A model generated the notes under the pieces. It made no database searches. It was given only the letters and a program-made list of their open reading frames with translations, and had not been told where the DNA came from. This document shows positions 28,594 through 38,498 of a DNA stretch of 64,000 nt, piece by piece. The stretch's first letter is position 1. Each line of letters opens with the position of its first letter. The position numbers and the translations under genes were made by a program. Origin of the DNA: an uncultured Pirellulaceae bacterium (GTDB lineage: Bacteria; Planctomycetota; Planctomycetia; Pirellulales; Pirellulaceae); contig CAYMUR010000003.1 in the NCBI GenBank assembly GCA_964393615.1, forward strand, positions 1-64,000. Reading direction: 5' to 3'.

Positions 28594-30210
28594 ATGCCCA
28601 CCACTTATGCCAATCTGTTTATGTTAATTGCAGCGCCTGCGACAATGCCCATTCTGATCGGCGTGATTTTAATCGCGATGATGGCTATGACAATGCTGTT
28701 TGCACTTATGAAGCAATACAAGCGTTGTCCTAGTAACCGTGTTCTTGTTATCTTTGGAAAAACACGGGGTAAATCACCCTCAAGAACTATTCATGGTGGA
28801 GCCCATTTTGTAATTCCACTGCTTCAGTCCTATGGTTATATCAGCCTGGAACCGGTCCAGATTGAAGTACCTCTGCGTGGTGCACTGTCGATGGAAAATA
28901 TTCGCGTCAATGTACCGAGTGTGTTTACCGTGGCCGTCGGGACTGAACCACAGGTGATGCAAAATGCAGCGATACGGCTCTATGGAATGTCGACGGCTGA
29001 CGTTCGCCAACAAGCGGAGGAAATTATTTTCGGACAGTTACGGCAAGTCATTGCCTCGATGCAGATTGAGGATATTAACCGGGATCGCGATACATTCCTG
29101 CAACATATCCAAACGTCGCTCGAACCCGAATTGAATAAAGTGGGCCTGTTGCTAATTAATGTCAATATTACGGACATCACCGACGAGTCGGGATACATTG
29201 ATGCGATTGGTCAGAAAGCGGCATCGGAAGCAATTCAAAAAGCGCGTGGTGATGTGGCTGATAATGAAAAAATGGGTGAAACGCGTGTGGCAACTGCTGA
29301 ACGCGACAAGTCAATTCAGGTAGCCAATGCCCGTAAGGAACAGACGGTTGGTACGCGCGAGGCGGAACGAGATAAATCGATTCGTGTCGCCGAGTTGGAA
29401 AAAGAACAGACAATTGGGGAACGCGGTGCGGAATTTGAACGTGAAGCCCAAGTCAAAGACTCGGAACGATCGATGCGTGTTTCCGTGGCCGATGCCGAAG
29501 CAACTGCTATTGAGGGAGAAAACCTGTCGCAGGCGAAAGTCGCTCATTCCCAGGCCGAACTGGCAGTGAACCGTGCCCAAGCGTATGAATTGGGTGAAAG
29601 CCGTAAGAAAGAGGCAGAGGCGGCCGTGCTGGAAGTTCAGAACCGGGCCTTGGCGAAAGCTGCGATGGCAGATGCAGAACGGGTGGAAGCCGAAAAACGG
29701 GCGGAACTAGAAGCCCCGGCCAAAGCTGAAAAAGCACAGATTATTGTCGAAGCCCAAGCCGAAGCAGAGCGAAAACGGATCGACGCCCAGGCCGAAGCAG
29801 ATGCCATTTTTGCCAAATTGGATGCCGAAGCTCGAGGGCAATTTGAAATCTTGGCCAAAAAAGGAGACGGGTTACAGCGGATTATTGATTCCTGTGGCGG
29901 ATCCAAGGAAGCGTTCCAGATTCTTATGCTGGAACACCTTGACTACCTGGCGGATACGTCTGCCAAAGCGATCTCCAATATCAAGTTCGATAAGGTGGTC
30001 GTCTGGGAAAATGGAGGTAAAAATGGCCGCACCAATACGGCCGATTTTTTAACGGGCTTGGCCAAGACGTTACCGCCCATGATGGAAGTCATGCGTGACA
30101 TTGGTGGGGTGGATTTGCCTGAATCGTTGATCGACCTGAACAACGAAATGAAGTCAGGCACAGTTTCCAAGGCCTCCACGGAGTCGACCAAGCCGGCTGC
30201 TGGTGAATAA
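28594..30210 (+). CDS. floT: Flotillin-family SPFH/band-7 protein with long Ala/Glu-rich coiled coil.
   Basis: N-terminal TM. SPFH domain (HGGAHFVIPLLQ...). EA-rich repeats (AEAE...KAEKAQIIVEAQAEAERKRIDAQAEAD). Confidence 0.85.
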   Translation: MPTTYANLFMLIAAPATMPILIGVILIAMMAMTMLFALMKQYKRCPSNRVLVIFGKTRGKSPSRTIHGGAHFVIPLLQSYGYISLEPVQIEVPLRGALSMENIRVNVPSVFTVAVGTEPQVMQNAAIRLYGMSTADVRQQAEEIIFGQLRQVIASMQIEDINRDRDTFLQHIQTSLEPELNKVGLLLINVNITDITDESGYIDAIGQKAASEAIQKARGDVADNEKMGETRVATAERDKSIQVANARKEQTVGTREAERDKSIRVAELEKEQTIGERGAEFEREAQVKDSERSMRVSVADAEATAIEGENLSQAKVAHSQAELAVNRAQAYELGESRKKEAEAAVLEVQNRALAKAAMADAERVEAEKRAELEAPAKAEKAQIIVEAQAEAERKRIDAQAEADAIFAKLDAEARGQFEILAKKGDGLQRIIDSCGGSKEAFQILMLEHLDYLADTSAKAISNIKFDKVVVWENGGKNGRTNTADFLTGLAKTLPPMMEVMRDIGGVDLPESLIDLNNEMKSGTVSKASTESTKPAAGE

Positions 30211-30391
30211 TGATCACCCTCAGCTTGTGCCTGCGCCACGAGATTGTACGCGGTGAGCGCGAACGCCAGGAGGTCAATGGGCGCGCAGGGACAAGGATAG
30301 ATGATTCATTCACGAGGCGAGGGTGGAGCGATGAATGGTACGGTCAATCGTTTCGTGGAAGAGGCTGCCTGTGGCAGGTAAGCAGTTGATT

Positions 30392-30961
30392 TTATCCCGT
30401 GACGAGAAAACGTACCATGCTCGCGAGCGCGGTGAATAGAGCGACGCCCAACCCCACGACTCCGTAAAATTTTCCCCGATGTATTACCGGGTGACTCAAG
30501 CCGATGATTGCCAGGAGGATGGCCAACGTGGCCAGTCCGAATGAAGTGCTGCGGTAAAGGATGTTTGACCGATACACTATTTCGGTGCCGAAGAGAGCGG
30601 TGCTGACTAGCGACGAGATCATGGCTGACAGGCAAGTCAGGTTCAAGCGACGGTTTTTGCCATTTGCCTGGACTGTCAGAGAGCCTGTCAGCCGGACATG
30701 GATGAATCCTAATATCCAGAGGCCGAAGAACAAACTGACAGCGGCCAGGACGATGATTGCACCGCGTCGGTCATGTTGCCAAATACCAAAGGTATGGACC
30801 GCAGACCACGCGATAATTGCTGTGATCACCCCCGCCAGAATCTGCTGATTGGTTGACAAAGATCGCATCACGCTTTTGTTACGCTTGAGGAAGTGGGGCA
30901 CGCGGCTGTGACCCACCTTGATTTCAGTCTGAAACGATTCGGAGTTCAGAGAATTCATCAA
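30392..30961 (-). CDS. Hypothetical integral membrane protein (4-5 TM, 189 aa).
   Basis: Hydrophobic segments. Co-oriented downstream of ilvC. Confidence 0.4.
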   Translation of the reverse strand: MMNSLNSESFQTEIKVGHSRVPHFLKRNKSVMRSLSTNQQILAGVITAIIAWSAVHTFGIWQHDRRGAIIVLAAVSLFFGLWILGFIHVRLTGSLTVQANGKNRRLNLTCLSAMISSLVSTALFGTEIVYRSNILYRSTSFGLATLAILLAIIGLSHPVIHRGKFYGVVGLGVALFTALASMVRFLVTG

Positions 30962-31196
30962 GGGTTACCGTGCTCAACTCTCCATCGTCAAGCTGGAGTA
31001 CGATCGAGTCACTGAATACTTTGTCGTCGGAGTTACGTCGGAAATGTAATCCGTGTCGCCGTCGTTCCTTGCGCACGACCGTACCTTGGATCGTCGTGTA
31101 CCAGCGATTGTAACCCACCTTGACTTCATGCCTCAGCTCGACCCGATCACCGGTTTGAAGTTTCTCGAACACGAGTAAAATTGCGGAGGAGGACAT
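30924..31196 (-). CDS. Small hypothetical protein (90 aa) overlapping the start of the downstream membrane protein by 38 nt.
   Basis: ORF only. Coupled arrangement with 30392..30961. Confidence 0.3.
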   Translation of the reverse strand: MSSSAILLVFEKLQTGDRVELRHEVKVGYNRWYTTIQGTVVRKERRRHGLHFRRNSDDKVFSDSIVLQLDDGELSTVTLDEFSELRIVSD

Positions 31197-31246
31197 GATC
31201 AGGCATGATGAAGGTAGCAGAAAACAATGGGATACGACCAGCCGGG

Positions 31247-32251
31247 TTATACTTCTTTGGAATCAATCCAGGTCATCAGACGGCGCAATTGGCGCCCGGT
31301 TTCCTCGAGCGGATGTTCCTGCTGACGACGTCGTGTTGCCTGGAAAGATGCGGCGCCGGCTCGATTCTCCAGGATCCAGTCGCGAGCGAACTGCCCCGAT
31401 TGGACTTCATGCAGAATACGTTTCATCTCGGCACGGGTTTCTTCGGTGACGATCCGTGGACCTCGGGTGTAGTCACCATATTCAGCCGTATTGGACACGC
31501 TGTATCGCATGTAACTCAAACCACCTTGGTAGAACAAGTCCACAATCAGCTTGAGCTCATGCAGGCATTCGAAAAAAGCCATTTCAGGCTGATAACCTGC
31601 TTCGACTAACGTGTCATAAGCCGCTCTGACCAACTCGCTGACACCCCCACAGAGAACCACTTGTTCGCCAAACAGATCTGTTTCGGTTTCTTCGGCAAAT
31701 GTCGTTTGAATCACGCCACCACGGGTTCCACCAATGCCTTTCGCATAGGCCAATCCGAGTGCCAATTCTTCTTCACCCGCCTCTTCGCTCAAGGCGATCA
31801 GGCAAGGCACACCGCCGCCTTGTTCAAATTCGCTACGCACTAGATGCCCAGGTCCCTTGGGTGCGACCAGTACACAATGGGATCCCTTTGGTGGGGTGAC
31901 CTGGTTGAAATGGACATTAAAACCGTGGGAACACATCAGTAGATCGCCAGGGGATAAATTTGGCTTAATCAGGTCGCGATAGATATCACCTTGTACTTCG
32001 TCAGGCAACAAGATATTGATCAAATCACCTTGTTGGGTGGCTTCATCGATGGGTACTGGGTCAAATCCATGGCTAACGGCCAGATCGTAGTTGGCACTAC
32101 CAGGTCGTTGGGCGACAATCACATTACATCCACTGTCGCGCAGGTTTTGGGCCTGGGCATGTCCCTGGGAACCGTATCCCAAAATAGCAATGGTTTTATC
32201 CTTGAGCCGGGCCAGGTCGGCATCGTTGTCGTAGTACATTGTTGCGGTCAT
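31247..32251 (-). CDS. ilvC: Ketol-acid reductoisomerase.
   Basis: MYYDNDADLARLKDKTIAILGYGSQGHAQAQNLRDSG. Full-length class I KARI. Confidence 0.95.
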   Translation of the reverse strand: MTATMYYDNDADLARLKDKTIAILGYGSQGHAQAQNLRDSGCNVIVAQRPGSANYDLAVSHGFDPVPIDEATQQGDLINILLPDEVQGDIYRDLIKPNLSPGDLLMCSHGFNVHFNQVTPPKGSHCVLVAPKGPGHLVRSEFEQGGGVPCLIALSEEAGEEELALGLAYAKGIGGTRGGVIQTTFAEETETDLFGEQVVLCGGVSELVRAAYDTLVEAGYQPEMAFFECLHELKLIVDLFYQGGLSYMRYSVSNTAEYGDYTRGPRIVTEETRAEMKRILHEVQSGQFARDWILENRAGAASFQATRRRQQEHPLEETGRQLRRLMTWIDSKEV

Positions 32252-32493
32252 GTTATCGTTGTTCCTTGTTGGTTGTTTTGTTTCTTGTTGTGAAGAGGGA
32301 CGTTACGATGATAAGTCGCCATTTGGCATAAAATATAAAATAAGGCCGTGCTGTCCATGGATTGTCAATGGTTTTACCAACTGACTACAGGGTCTGAACT
32401 GTTGGACTCGTCTTGCTTTTGAAATTCAATTTTAACCTAGTTGTTTCTGAGATAGGCGGGTGATTCGTCGGTGCTCTGTGACGAGTCAGCTTG

Positions 32494-33051
32494 TCATTTG
32501 GAATCTGCATCGACGAGATTTCGGGCCGTTGCGTCATGCTGTGGATCAGCGTTGGACACGCTTGACGGAAGGGTCCCACTACGGACCATGGCGATCCGCC
32601 CCGTGCGGACAAGTTCCACAATTCCGTAAGGTCGGACAAGTTCGATAAAAGCCTCGATTTTGTGTTCCTGGCCGGCGATTTCAATCATGATTTCCTCGGC
32701 ACCGACATCCACGACTCGAGCACGGAAGATATCGACCAGTTCACGTATTTCACTACGTTTCCCCCCTGGCCCTGCCTTGACTTTTACAAGCATCAAGTCA
32801 CGCTCAACATGCTCTTGAGCGCTGACGTCAACCACTTTGACGACCGTTACAATCTTTTCCAATTGCTTGCGAACCTGTTCTAGCACGCGATCATCGCCGA
32901 CGACGACAAACGTCATGCGAGACAGATCCGGGTTTTCCGTTTCTCCGACTGCTAGTGAATCGATATTGTAGCCGCGCGATGCCAGCATACCCGAGATGTG
33001 AGATAACACACCGGGGACATTTTGGACCACTGCTGAGACGACGTGACGCAT
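32494..33051 (-). CDS. ilvH: Acetolactate synthase small (regulatory) subunit.
   Basis: MRHVVSAVVQNVPGVLSHISGMLASRGYNIDSLAVG ACT domain. The track start is 4 codons upstream (33063). Confidence 0.9.
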   Translation of the reverse strand: MRHVVSAVVQNVPGVLSHISGMLASRGYNIDSLAVGETENPDLSRMTFVVVGDDRVLEQVRKQLEKIVTVVKVVDVSAQEHVERDLMLVKVKAGPGGKRSEIRELVDIFRARVVDVGAEEIMIEIAGQEHKIEAFIELVRPYGIVELVRTGRIAMVRSGTLPSSVSNADPQHDATARNLVDADSK

Positions 33052-33346
33052 ACAAAATTCCAAATATAAGTGAAAATCACATCATAACTTTCGTCAGGCA
33101 GGGCAACAAGTGTGCTGCAAGTCAGGTCAAAATTGAAAACATCTTACCCGACGGGAATCCCAAAAACAGCGATGAGGCGTTATTTCCTGTGGGCGGTGAT
33201 AAATGATGATAAACTGCCATACCCAGCAGCCTTCTTCGGGCAGGCGTAAAGAATACGGGCTGCGGGACCCAGGACAAATGGGGCACTCGAACAAACGTAC
33301 TTGAATATCGGACGAAAGTCTGACAGCCTGTCACGAAATAGTCGAT

Positions 33347-34270
33347 TTAGGCGGCCCGTGTTGCCGGTTCGGGCATCATTCCGTCAGCAACGGGTTGAGA
33401 ATAGCCGTCGCAGAGGTGCATCATCAATTCCAGGATCAACAAGTCGGCTCGGTTCATGACGTGGCGGGCGCTGCGGTTACCCAAGCTTAACACGGCGTTT
33501 TCAAGAACTTGTAAATGGATTCGAAGGGTTTGTTGTGCTGTGACCCCAGAGGTGGCCAATGTATTGGCCAGTGTTCTCAATTCACCATTCAGGCTTCCCG
33601 ACCCCATGACGACATAAGCGCGTAATAGATCCTGGTAGCATTTGGCGAACGGGACTAAATTTGGAGTGAGGGTTACTGCGGAATAGTGTTTGGATGCACT
33701 CTTCTCATCGCCACGGCGAATCTGTTCTAGCCCCTGAATGAGGCCTCGTTGCTGTGCCAATAAGTGATTGGCTTCATCATGTTCAGTTTGTAAGCGATGT
33801 TGTTGCTGATTCAGTAGACGCAAATTTTCAGCCAACAATTGTCTACGTTCCATGCCGCGAGCCACGTACCACAATAGTTCCCGTACGGTGGCTTGAGCCA
33901 GACACACGTAGCCATCTGCCCCTGCTTCATAACAAAGAATGTTCATTTCGTGTACGGGCAATTTACCCAGGACGACTGTCGGATAGACTTCTCCTTCTGT
34001 CGCCCGGATTGCTTCCAAGAAATCAACCGCATCGAGTTGGTCCGGTTCGTGGCTGATCAAGACGGCATCAAAGGCTGTATCTCTTAGGCGCGCAAGCCCC
34101 GCGCTTGTTCCGAAAGCGTCTTCGACCGTGACCTGTGAAATACTGTCGGCTGCCAAGGCCGAGGCGAGCCATCCTCCTCGACGATTTGGTCCGGAGACAA
34201 AAAGCAGGCGCATTCGCGCAGGCAGGCATCCCCAGCGAGCTGCCGAATGTTGCGAAAAGTCCGTGGACAT
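33347..34270 (-). CDS. Receiver-like (pseudo-receiver) domain protein with C-terminal coiled-coil / helical domain. Phospho-acceptor position appears to be Ser (FDAVLISHEP).
   Basis: MRLLFVSGP ... FDAVLIS ... CYEAGADGYV has REC-fold spacing but lacks the acceptor Asp. Likely start is the internal Met at ~34213. Confidence 0.5.
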   Translation of the reverse strand: MSTDFSQHSAARWGCLPARMRLLFVSGPNRRGGWLASALAADSISQVTVEDAFGTSAGLARLRDTAFDAVLISHEPDQLDAVDFLEAIRATEGEVYPTVVLGKLPVHEMNILCYEAGADGYVCLAQATVRELLWYVARGMERRQLLAENLRLLNQQQHRLQTEHDEANHLLAQQRGLIQGLEQIRRGDEKSASKHYSAVTLTPNLVPFAKCYQDLLRAYVVMGSGSLNGELRTLANTLATSGVTAQQTLRIHLQVLENAVLSLGNRSARHVMNRADLLILELMMHLCDGYSQPVADGMMPEPATRAA

Positions 34271-34621
34271 AGATTTTAAAATTTTTGTGCCAAATGTTAA
34301 ATAATTTTGTATCTAATATTGATGTGGCGGCGAACCGTAATCGAACAGGACGGCGAGCGTCAAGACCGTGGTGAGCTTCGCGTTGTCGAGATAAGTGTTG
34401 TTTCAAGATGGGGCAGGCTGCGCAGCTTCGCAGGTTGCCAATTTTCCAACCGCACCTAGGACTGCTAGCATGCCTGGTACGATCTTGACCTGTTTTACAC
34501 AGTTTTCATAATCTCGTTGCCTTGTATGTTTCGCGCCACAAGATTTGGTGAGCTTCACGTTCCTTCAAAATGCCAACTGGTTGGCAATGGTTCCAATTTT
34601 CCCCCGCCGGAGTGAATCCTG

Positions 34622-35788
34622 ATGAGTACGGAGTTAGTGCCGAATGCTTCGCTAGACACGGGTTTACCTGTGCCCTTACTTGATATATCCCGATCGAATT
34701 CTGTATTACGAGATGAGATTTTAAGTGCCATTGCAAAGGTCATCGACTCAGGACAATTCGTCCTGGGACCAGAATGTACGGCCTTCGAAAAAACAGTCGC
34801 CAGGGTATGCCAGACAAAATATGCGATTGGCTGCGCATCGGGTAGTGACGCATTATTATTGGCGTTGATGGTCTTGGACGTTGGGCCCGGTGACGAAGTG
34901 ATTGTGCCAAGTTTCACGTTTTTTGCCACGGCCAGTGCCATTTGGAGACTTGGGGCGAAACCTGTGTTTGTCGATATTGAGCCCGTCACTTTCAATATTG
35001 ATTCGAATGCTATTGAGGCGGCGATTACGCCAGCTACCAAGGCTGTTATACCAGTACATTTGTTTGGTTTGTGTGCCGAGATGACTTCTATTCGGGAGAT
35101 CGCCAGTCGGCATGGTATTCAGGTGATTGAAGACGCGGCCCAAGCCATAGGGGCTAAGTGTCATGGGGAAATGGCGGGTAACCTTGGCCAGCTTGGTTGT
35201 TTCAGCTTTTATCCCACTAAAAATTTGGGTGGGTTTGGCGACGGAGGTATGCTGACTACTTCCGACGAAACATTGAATGAACGATTACGTCTCTTGCGCG
35301 GTCATGGTATGCACCCCCGTTATTTTCATCAGGTGGTAGGGATCAATAGCCGTTTGGATTCAATACAGGCAGCTGTCTTGAATGTTAAGATGAAGCAGCT
35401 TGACAGTTGGGTGTCTGCCCGGCAGTCGAATGCACAGCGATATACTGATTTGTTTCAGGCCGCCGGTTTAAGTCAACAGATTACCTTACCGCAATGTCTG
35501 GAACATGATGAACATGTCTGGAATCAATACACGATTCGAGTCCTGGATGGCCAACGTGACACGTTACGTGCGTATTTAAATGAGCGGCATGTGGGTACCG
35601 AAATTTATTATCCGGTACCACTTCACCAGCAGCATTGTTTTCAATCGCTGGGATATCTTACAGGTAGTTTGCCAGAGACAGAGCGGGCTGCCCGTGAAGT
35701 ATTAAGCTTGCCAATTTATCCTGAAATCACGAAGGAGGAACAGCAGGCCGTTGTGTATCACATTGGCAGATTCTACGAAGTGACATAA
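34622..35788 (+). CDS. DegT/DnrJ/EryC1/StrS-family PLP-dependent sugar aminotransferase.
   Basis: Family-typical motifs (GDEVIVPSFTFFATA, HLFG, SFYPTKNLG with Lys for PLP). Confidence 0.85.
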   Translation: MSTELVPNASLDTGLPVPLLDISRSNSVLRDEILSAIAKVIDSGQFVLGPECTAFEKTVARVCQTKYAIGCASGSDALLLALMVLDVGPGDEVIVPSFTFFATASAIWRLGAKPVFVDIEPVTFNIDSNAIEAAITPATKAVIPVHLFGLCAEMTSIREIASRHGIQVIEDAAQAIGAKCHGEMAGNLGQLGCFSFYPTKNLGGFGDGGMLTTSDETLNERLRLLRGHGMHPRYFHQVVGINSRLDSIQAAVLNVKMKQLDSWVSARQSNAQRYTDLFQAAGLSQQITLPQCLEHDEHVWNQYTIRVLDGQRDTLRAYLNERHVGTEIYYPVPLHQQHCFQSLGYLTGSLPETERAAREVLSLPIYPEITKEEQQAVVYHIGRFYEVT

Positions 35789-35974
35789 ACTCTTGCGTGA
35801 CCAATGCGGCAGAGTTCCAGCATCCTAGTGACAGGATTGCCGGATATCGTTGCCTGCCGAATAGAGGATCAACAACTGTCGGTAGACATGGGCAGGAAAT
35901 GTTCCGTGAAAACGATCAACGATCGTCGCCTGGGGATCGGATTTCGCAGATGCTTGGTGGATTCGTCGCGTGTA

Positions 35975-36247
35975 TCAGTCGTCGATTTCCAGAACTTTAC
36001 GTTTGCTCGGACGGCAGACGACAATCATTCCTAATGCCATACCAAGAAATACCAGTGCGTAGTAAAGTTTAGAGTTACTACTGTCTGTACTGCCGGATTC
36101 GTCGTTTTGGCCCAAGGCGATGACCGCCAAACTAGCCCATACCAGCGAACTTGTTAGCAATAGCACGATTTTGCGTCGAAATGTTCTCAACATCAGCATC
36201 CCATTCGGTGCGGGTGTTCCCATGACAATCGTCCTGTCCCCACTCAT
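35975..36247 (-). CDS. Small two-TM membrane protein (90 aa).
   Basis: ORF with two hydrophobic helices. Downstream of hisS. Confidence 0.35.
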   Translation of the reverse strand: MSGDRTIVMGTPAPNGMLMLRTFRRKIVLLLTSSLVWASLAVIALGQNDESGSTDSSNSKLYYALVFLGMALGMIVVCRPSKRKVLEIDD

Positions 36248-36392
36248 TGTTGTGGAACAGGGTCCACGGGAATGAAAATTATTATTGGTGCGGCGCGACC
36301 AGTGCCATCTTGTTTTTTACGTCACATTTCAAACTAAATGTTGGTTGAGTGTCTCGCAATCTAACGACCCTTGCCTGTCGGGTTCGGGCCGA

Positions 36393-36436
36393 CCCTCTAC
36401 ATTGTAGTCGGCACCCCTCTGCATTGTAGCCAGCAC
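36393..36436. repeat. Tandem 22-bp imperfect direct repeat (ccctctacattgtagtcggcac / ccctctgcattgtagccagcac) in the hisS-downstream intergenic region.
   Basis: Directly visible. 19/22 identical. Confidence 0.85.
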
Positions 36437-36454
36437 GATGTATCTTTTATCAGA

Positions 36455-37792
36455 CTATTGTACCAGCATGTGTTCGATGACGGCTAGAATTTTTTTGTGT
36501 TCGTCATCCATTTCCACTTCTTCGCTGGTTCCGCGGCTCAAGTTTTTTATTTGACAGGTGCCTGATTGAAATTCGTTTTCGCCCAAAATGAGGGCGATAC
36601 GATGGCCACGCCGATCTGCATACTTTAGCTGGGGGCCAAGTTTTTTTGCTTCGGGATAAACTTCGACACCATATCCGGCCGTACGTAGGTGGGCAGCTAA
36701 TTGTAGATAGTCAGGCAATCGTGTTTTTTCAAAATAAGGAATAAAAATCTCGGCGGGGGTCGTGACTGGCTCGATCATCCCCAATTCTTCCATCGCTGCC
36801 AGCAAGCGATCTAGTCCGAGTGATGCGCCTACCCCGGGCAATTCCTGGTTAGTGTACAGTTCGGCCAAATTGTCATAACGACCCCCGGAACAGACGCTAC
36901 CAATAGTGGGCAAATCCGCAAGCGTGGTTTCGTAAACAGTTCCCGTGTAGTAATCCAGTCCGCGGGCGATTGCCACGTCGAAGTGGAATCTCTCCTCTGG
37001 TATTCCTGCCGCGCGGGCTCCTGTCAACAGGTCTGACAACGCTTGGACACCTTGCTGTCCCGTTTCATTTTTGGTTAGTAGACGGTCGAGCTTTGCCAGG
37101 ATTTCACTGTTATTGCCAGAGATGTCAGATAGCTTGAGTACTTCGGCAGCCTGTTGCGGTGTCGCGCCGGCAACAGCAATCATTTCCGCGGAGACTTTTT
37201 CCCTGCCAATTTTTTCCAGCTTATCCAGTGATCGCAAAACAGCTGACGACGATTCGACTAAACCAACTTGCTCTAATAGGCCACTGAGGACGAGCCGATT
37301 GTTAATGCGAATACGAATGTTTTTCAATCCAAGAGCCACAAACAGATCATGGATGACGAGTGCGGTCTCGATGTCAGCGGAGACAGCCCGGGTACCAATC
37401 GTGTCGAAATCGCATTGCATGAACTCACGGTATCTGCCGCGTTGTGATTTCTCCGCTCTCCAAACGTTTGCGATATGATACCGCTTGAAAGGAGTGCCCA
37501 ACTCATGAATGTGCTGTGCCGCAAATCGTGCCAACGGAACGGTCAAGTCAAACCGCATACCGACCTGGCGACCACCTCCGTCTTCGAAGCGATACATGAG
37601 TTTGTCTGATTCTTCGCCCCCTTTACCAGCAAGTATTTCTTCGTATTCCAAAGCAGGGGTGTCGATTGGACTATAGCCATACGAACGGTAAACTTGGCGC
37701 GCTGTTTGGACCAGTTGTTCGCGTGGCATCATGGCCGCAGGCAGGTAGTCGCGGAAGCCGCGCAGTGTTCGAGGTTGAATGAGCGGTGGCAT
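36455..37792 (-). CDS. hisS: Histidine--tRNA ligase.
   Basis: PRTLRGFRDYLP motif 1, class II motifs, C-terminal anticodon-binding domain. Confidence 0.9.
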   Translation of the reverse strand: MPPLIQPRTLRGFRDYLPAAMMPREQLVQTARQVYRSYGYSPIDTPALEYEEILAGKGGEESDKLMYRFEDGGGRQVGMRFDLTVPLARFAAQHIHELGTPFKRYHIANVWRAEKSQRGRYREFMQCDFDTIGTRAVSADIETALVIHDLFVALGLKNIRIRINNRLVLSGLLEQVGLVESSSAVLRSLDKLEKIGREKVSAEMIAVAGATPQQAAEVLKLSDISGNNSEILAKLDRLLTKNETGQQGVQALSDLLTGARAAGIPEERFHFDVAIARGLDYYTGTVYETTLADLPTIGSVCSGGRYDNLAELYTNQELPGVGASLGLDRLLAAMEELGMIEPVTTPAEIFIPYFEKTRLPDYLQLAAHLRTAGYGVEVYPEAKKLGPQLKYADRRGHRIALILGENEFQSGTCQIKNLSRGTSEEVEMDDEHKKILAVIEHMLVQ

Positions 37793-37957
37793 AGGAACGC
37801 TTGCAGGAAACTAGGGGTCCAGTGAATGGTTCGGAGAGTCGTATATTTTCCAAGAGACTTGGTTTGGTGTCTGGAAAAAGCTGGCATGCTTTTGCTCTGG
37901 TTGAAAGACCAGCTAGCACCCGCAAGGAATTCCAGTGTATGAATCGTGCAAAATTGA

Positions 37958-38401
37958 TTAACTTAACAGAGGCAGCAGCGCGGGAGGCTCTGTCCGAATT
38001 CCTTGACCGCCCTTTCCTGAAAAGATCGCGTCGTTATACTCCTGAACTTGTTCATCCACTTCAAAATAGTGGTCATAAGTCCAGTTATCCTCGTATTCAC
38101 AGTCTTTCGTTGAATAGTCACGACAAATTTGGGGACGCGTTTCGTAAATGCCGCAGCGGTTGTCGGATTGGAGATGGTCACATGCATTGTGGACTAATAG
38201 ATACCAGTCGTCATCCTCGGTAAATACGGTGGCCTTGCCATGCATGATATACCAGCGCAGGTACTCGAATTCCTTGGGCGACGTTGGTGTCTCAATTGGC
38301 AAAGCGAAATAATGGCAACATTTAGCGGAGCAATAATCACACAACACTTCATCGGGTTTTAGCTCTTCACGATTTGGCTTATGCTTCGGTACATTGGTCA
38401 T
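37958..38401 (-). CDS. YkgJ/UPF0153-family cysteine-cluster (putative Fe/Zn-binding) protein.
   Basis: CDYCSAKCCHYFALP ... CDHL ... NRCGIYETRPQICRDY. The shorter start at 38401 avoids overlap with the divergent purU. Confidence 0.7.
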   Translation of the reverse strand: MTNVPKHKPNREELKPDEVLCDYCSAKCCHYFALPIETPTSPKEFEYLRWYIMHGKATVFTEDDDWYLLVHNACDHLQSDNRCGIYETRPQICRDYSTKDCEYEDNWTYDHYFEVDEQVQEYNDAIFSGKGGQGIRTEPPALLPLLS

Positions 38402-38498
38402 AGGTCCGTCCCTCCTTTCTAGAAAGGTTATCAGAGTCGGACCATAAAGAAAAGTCGTAACAGGTAAGACCCCATTCTGTTCAGGAGTACATGGCATT

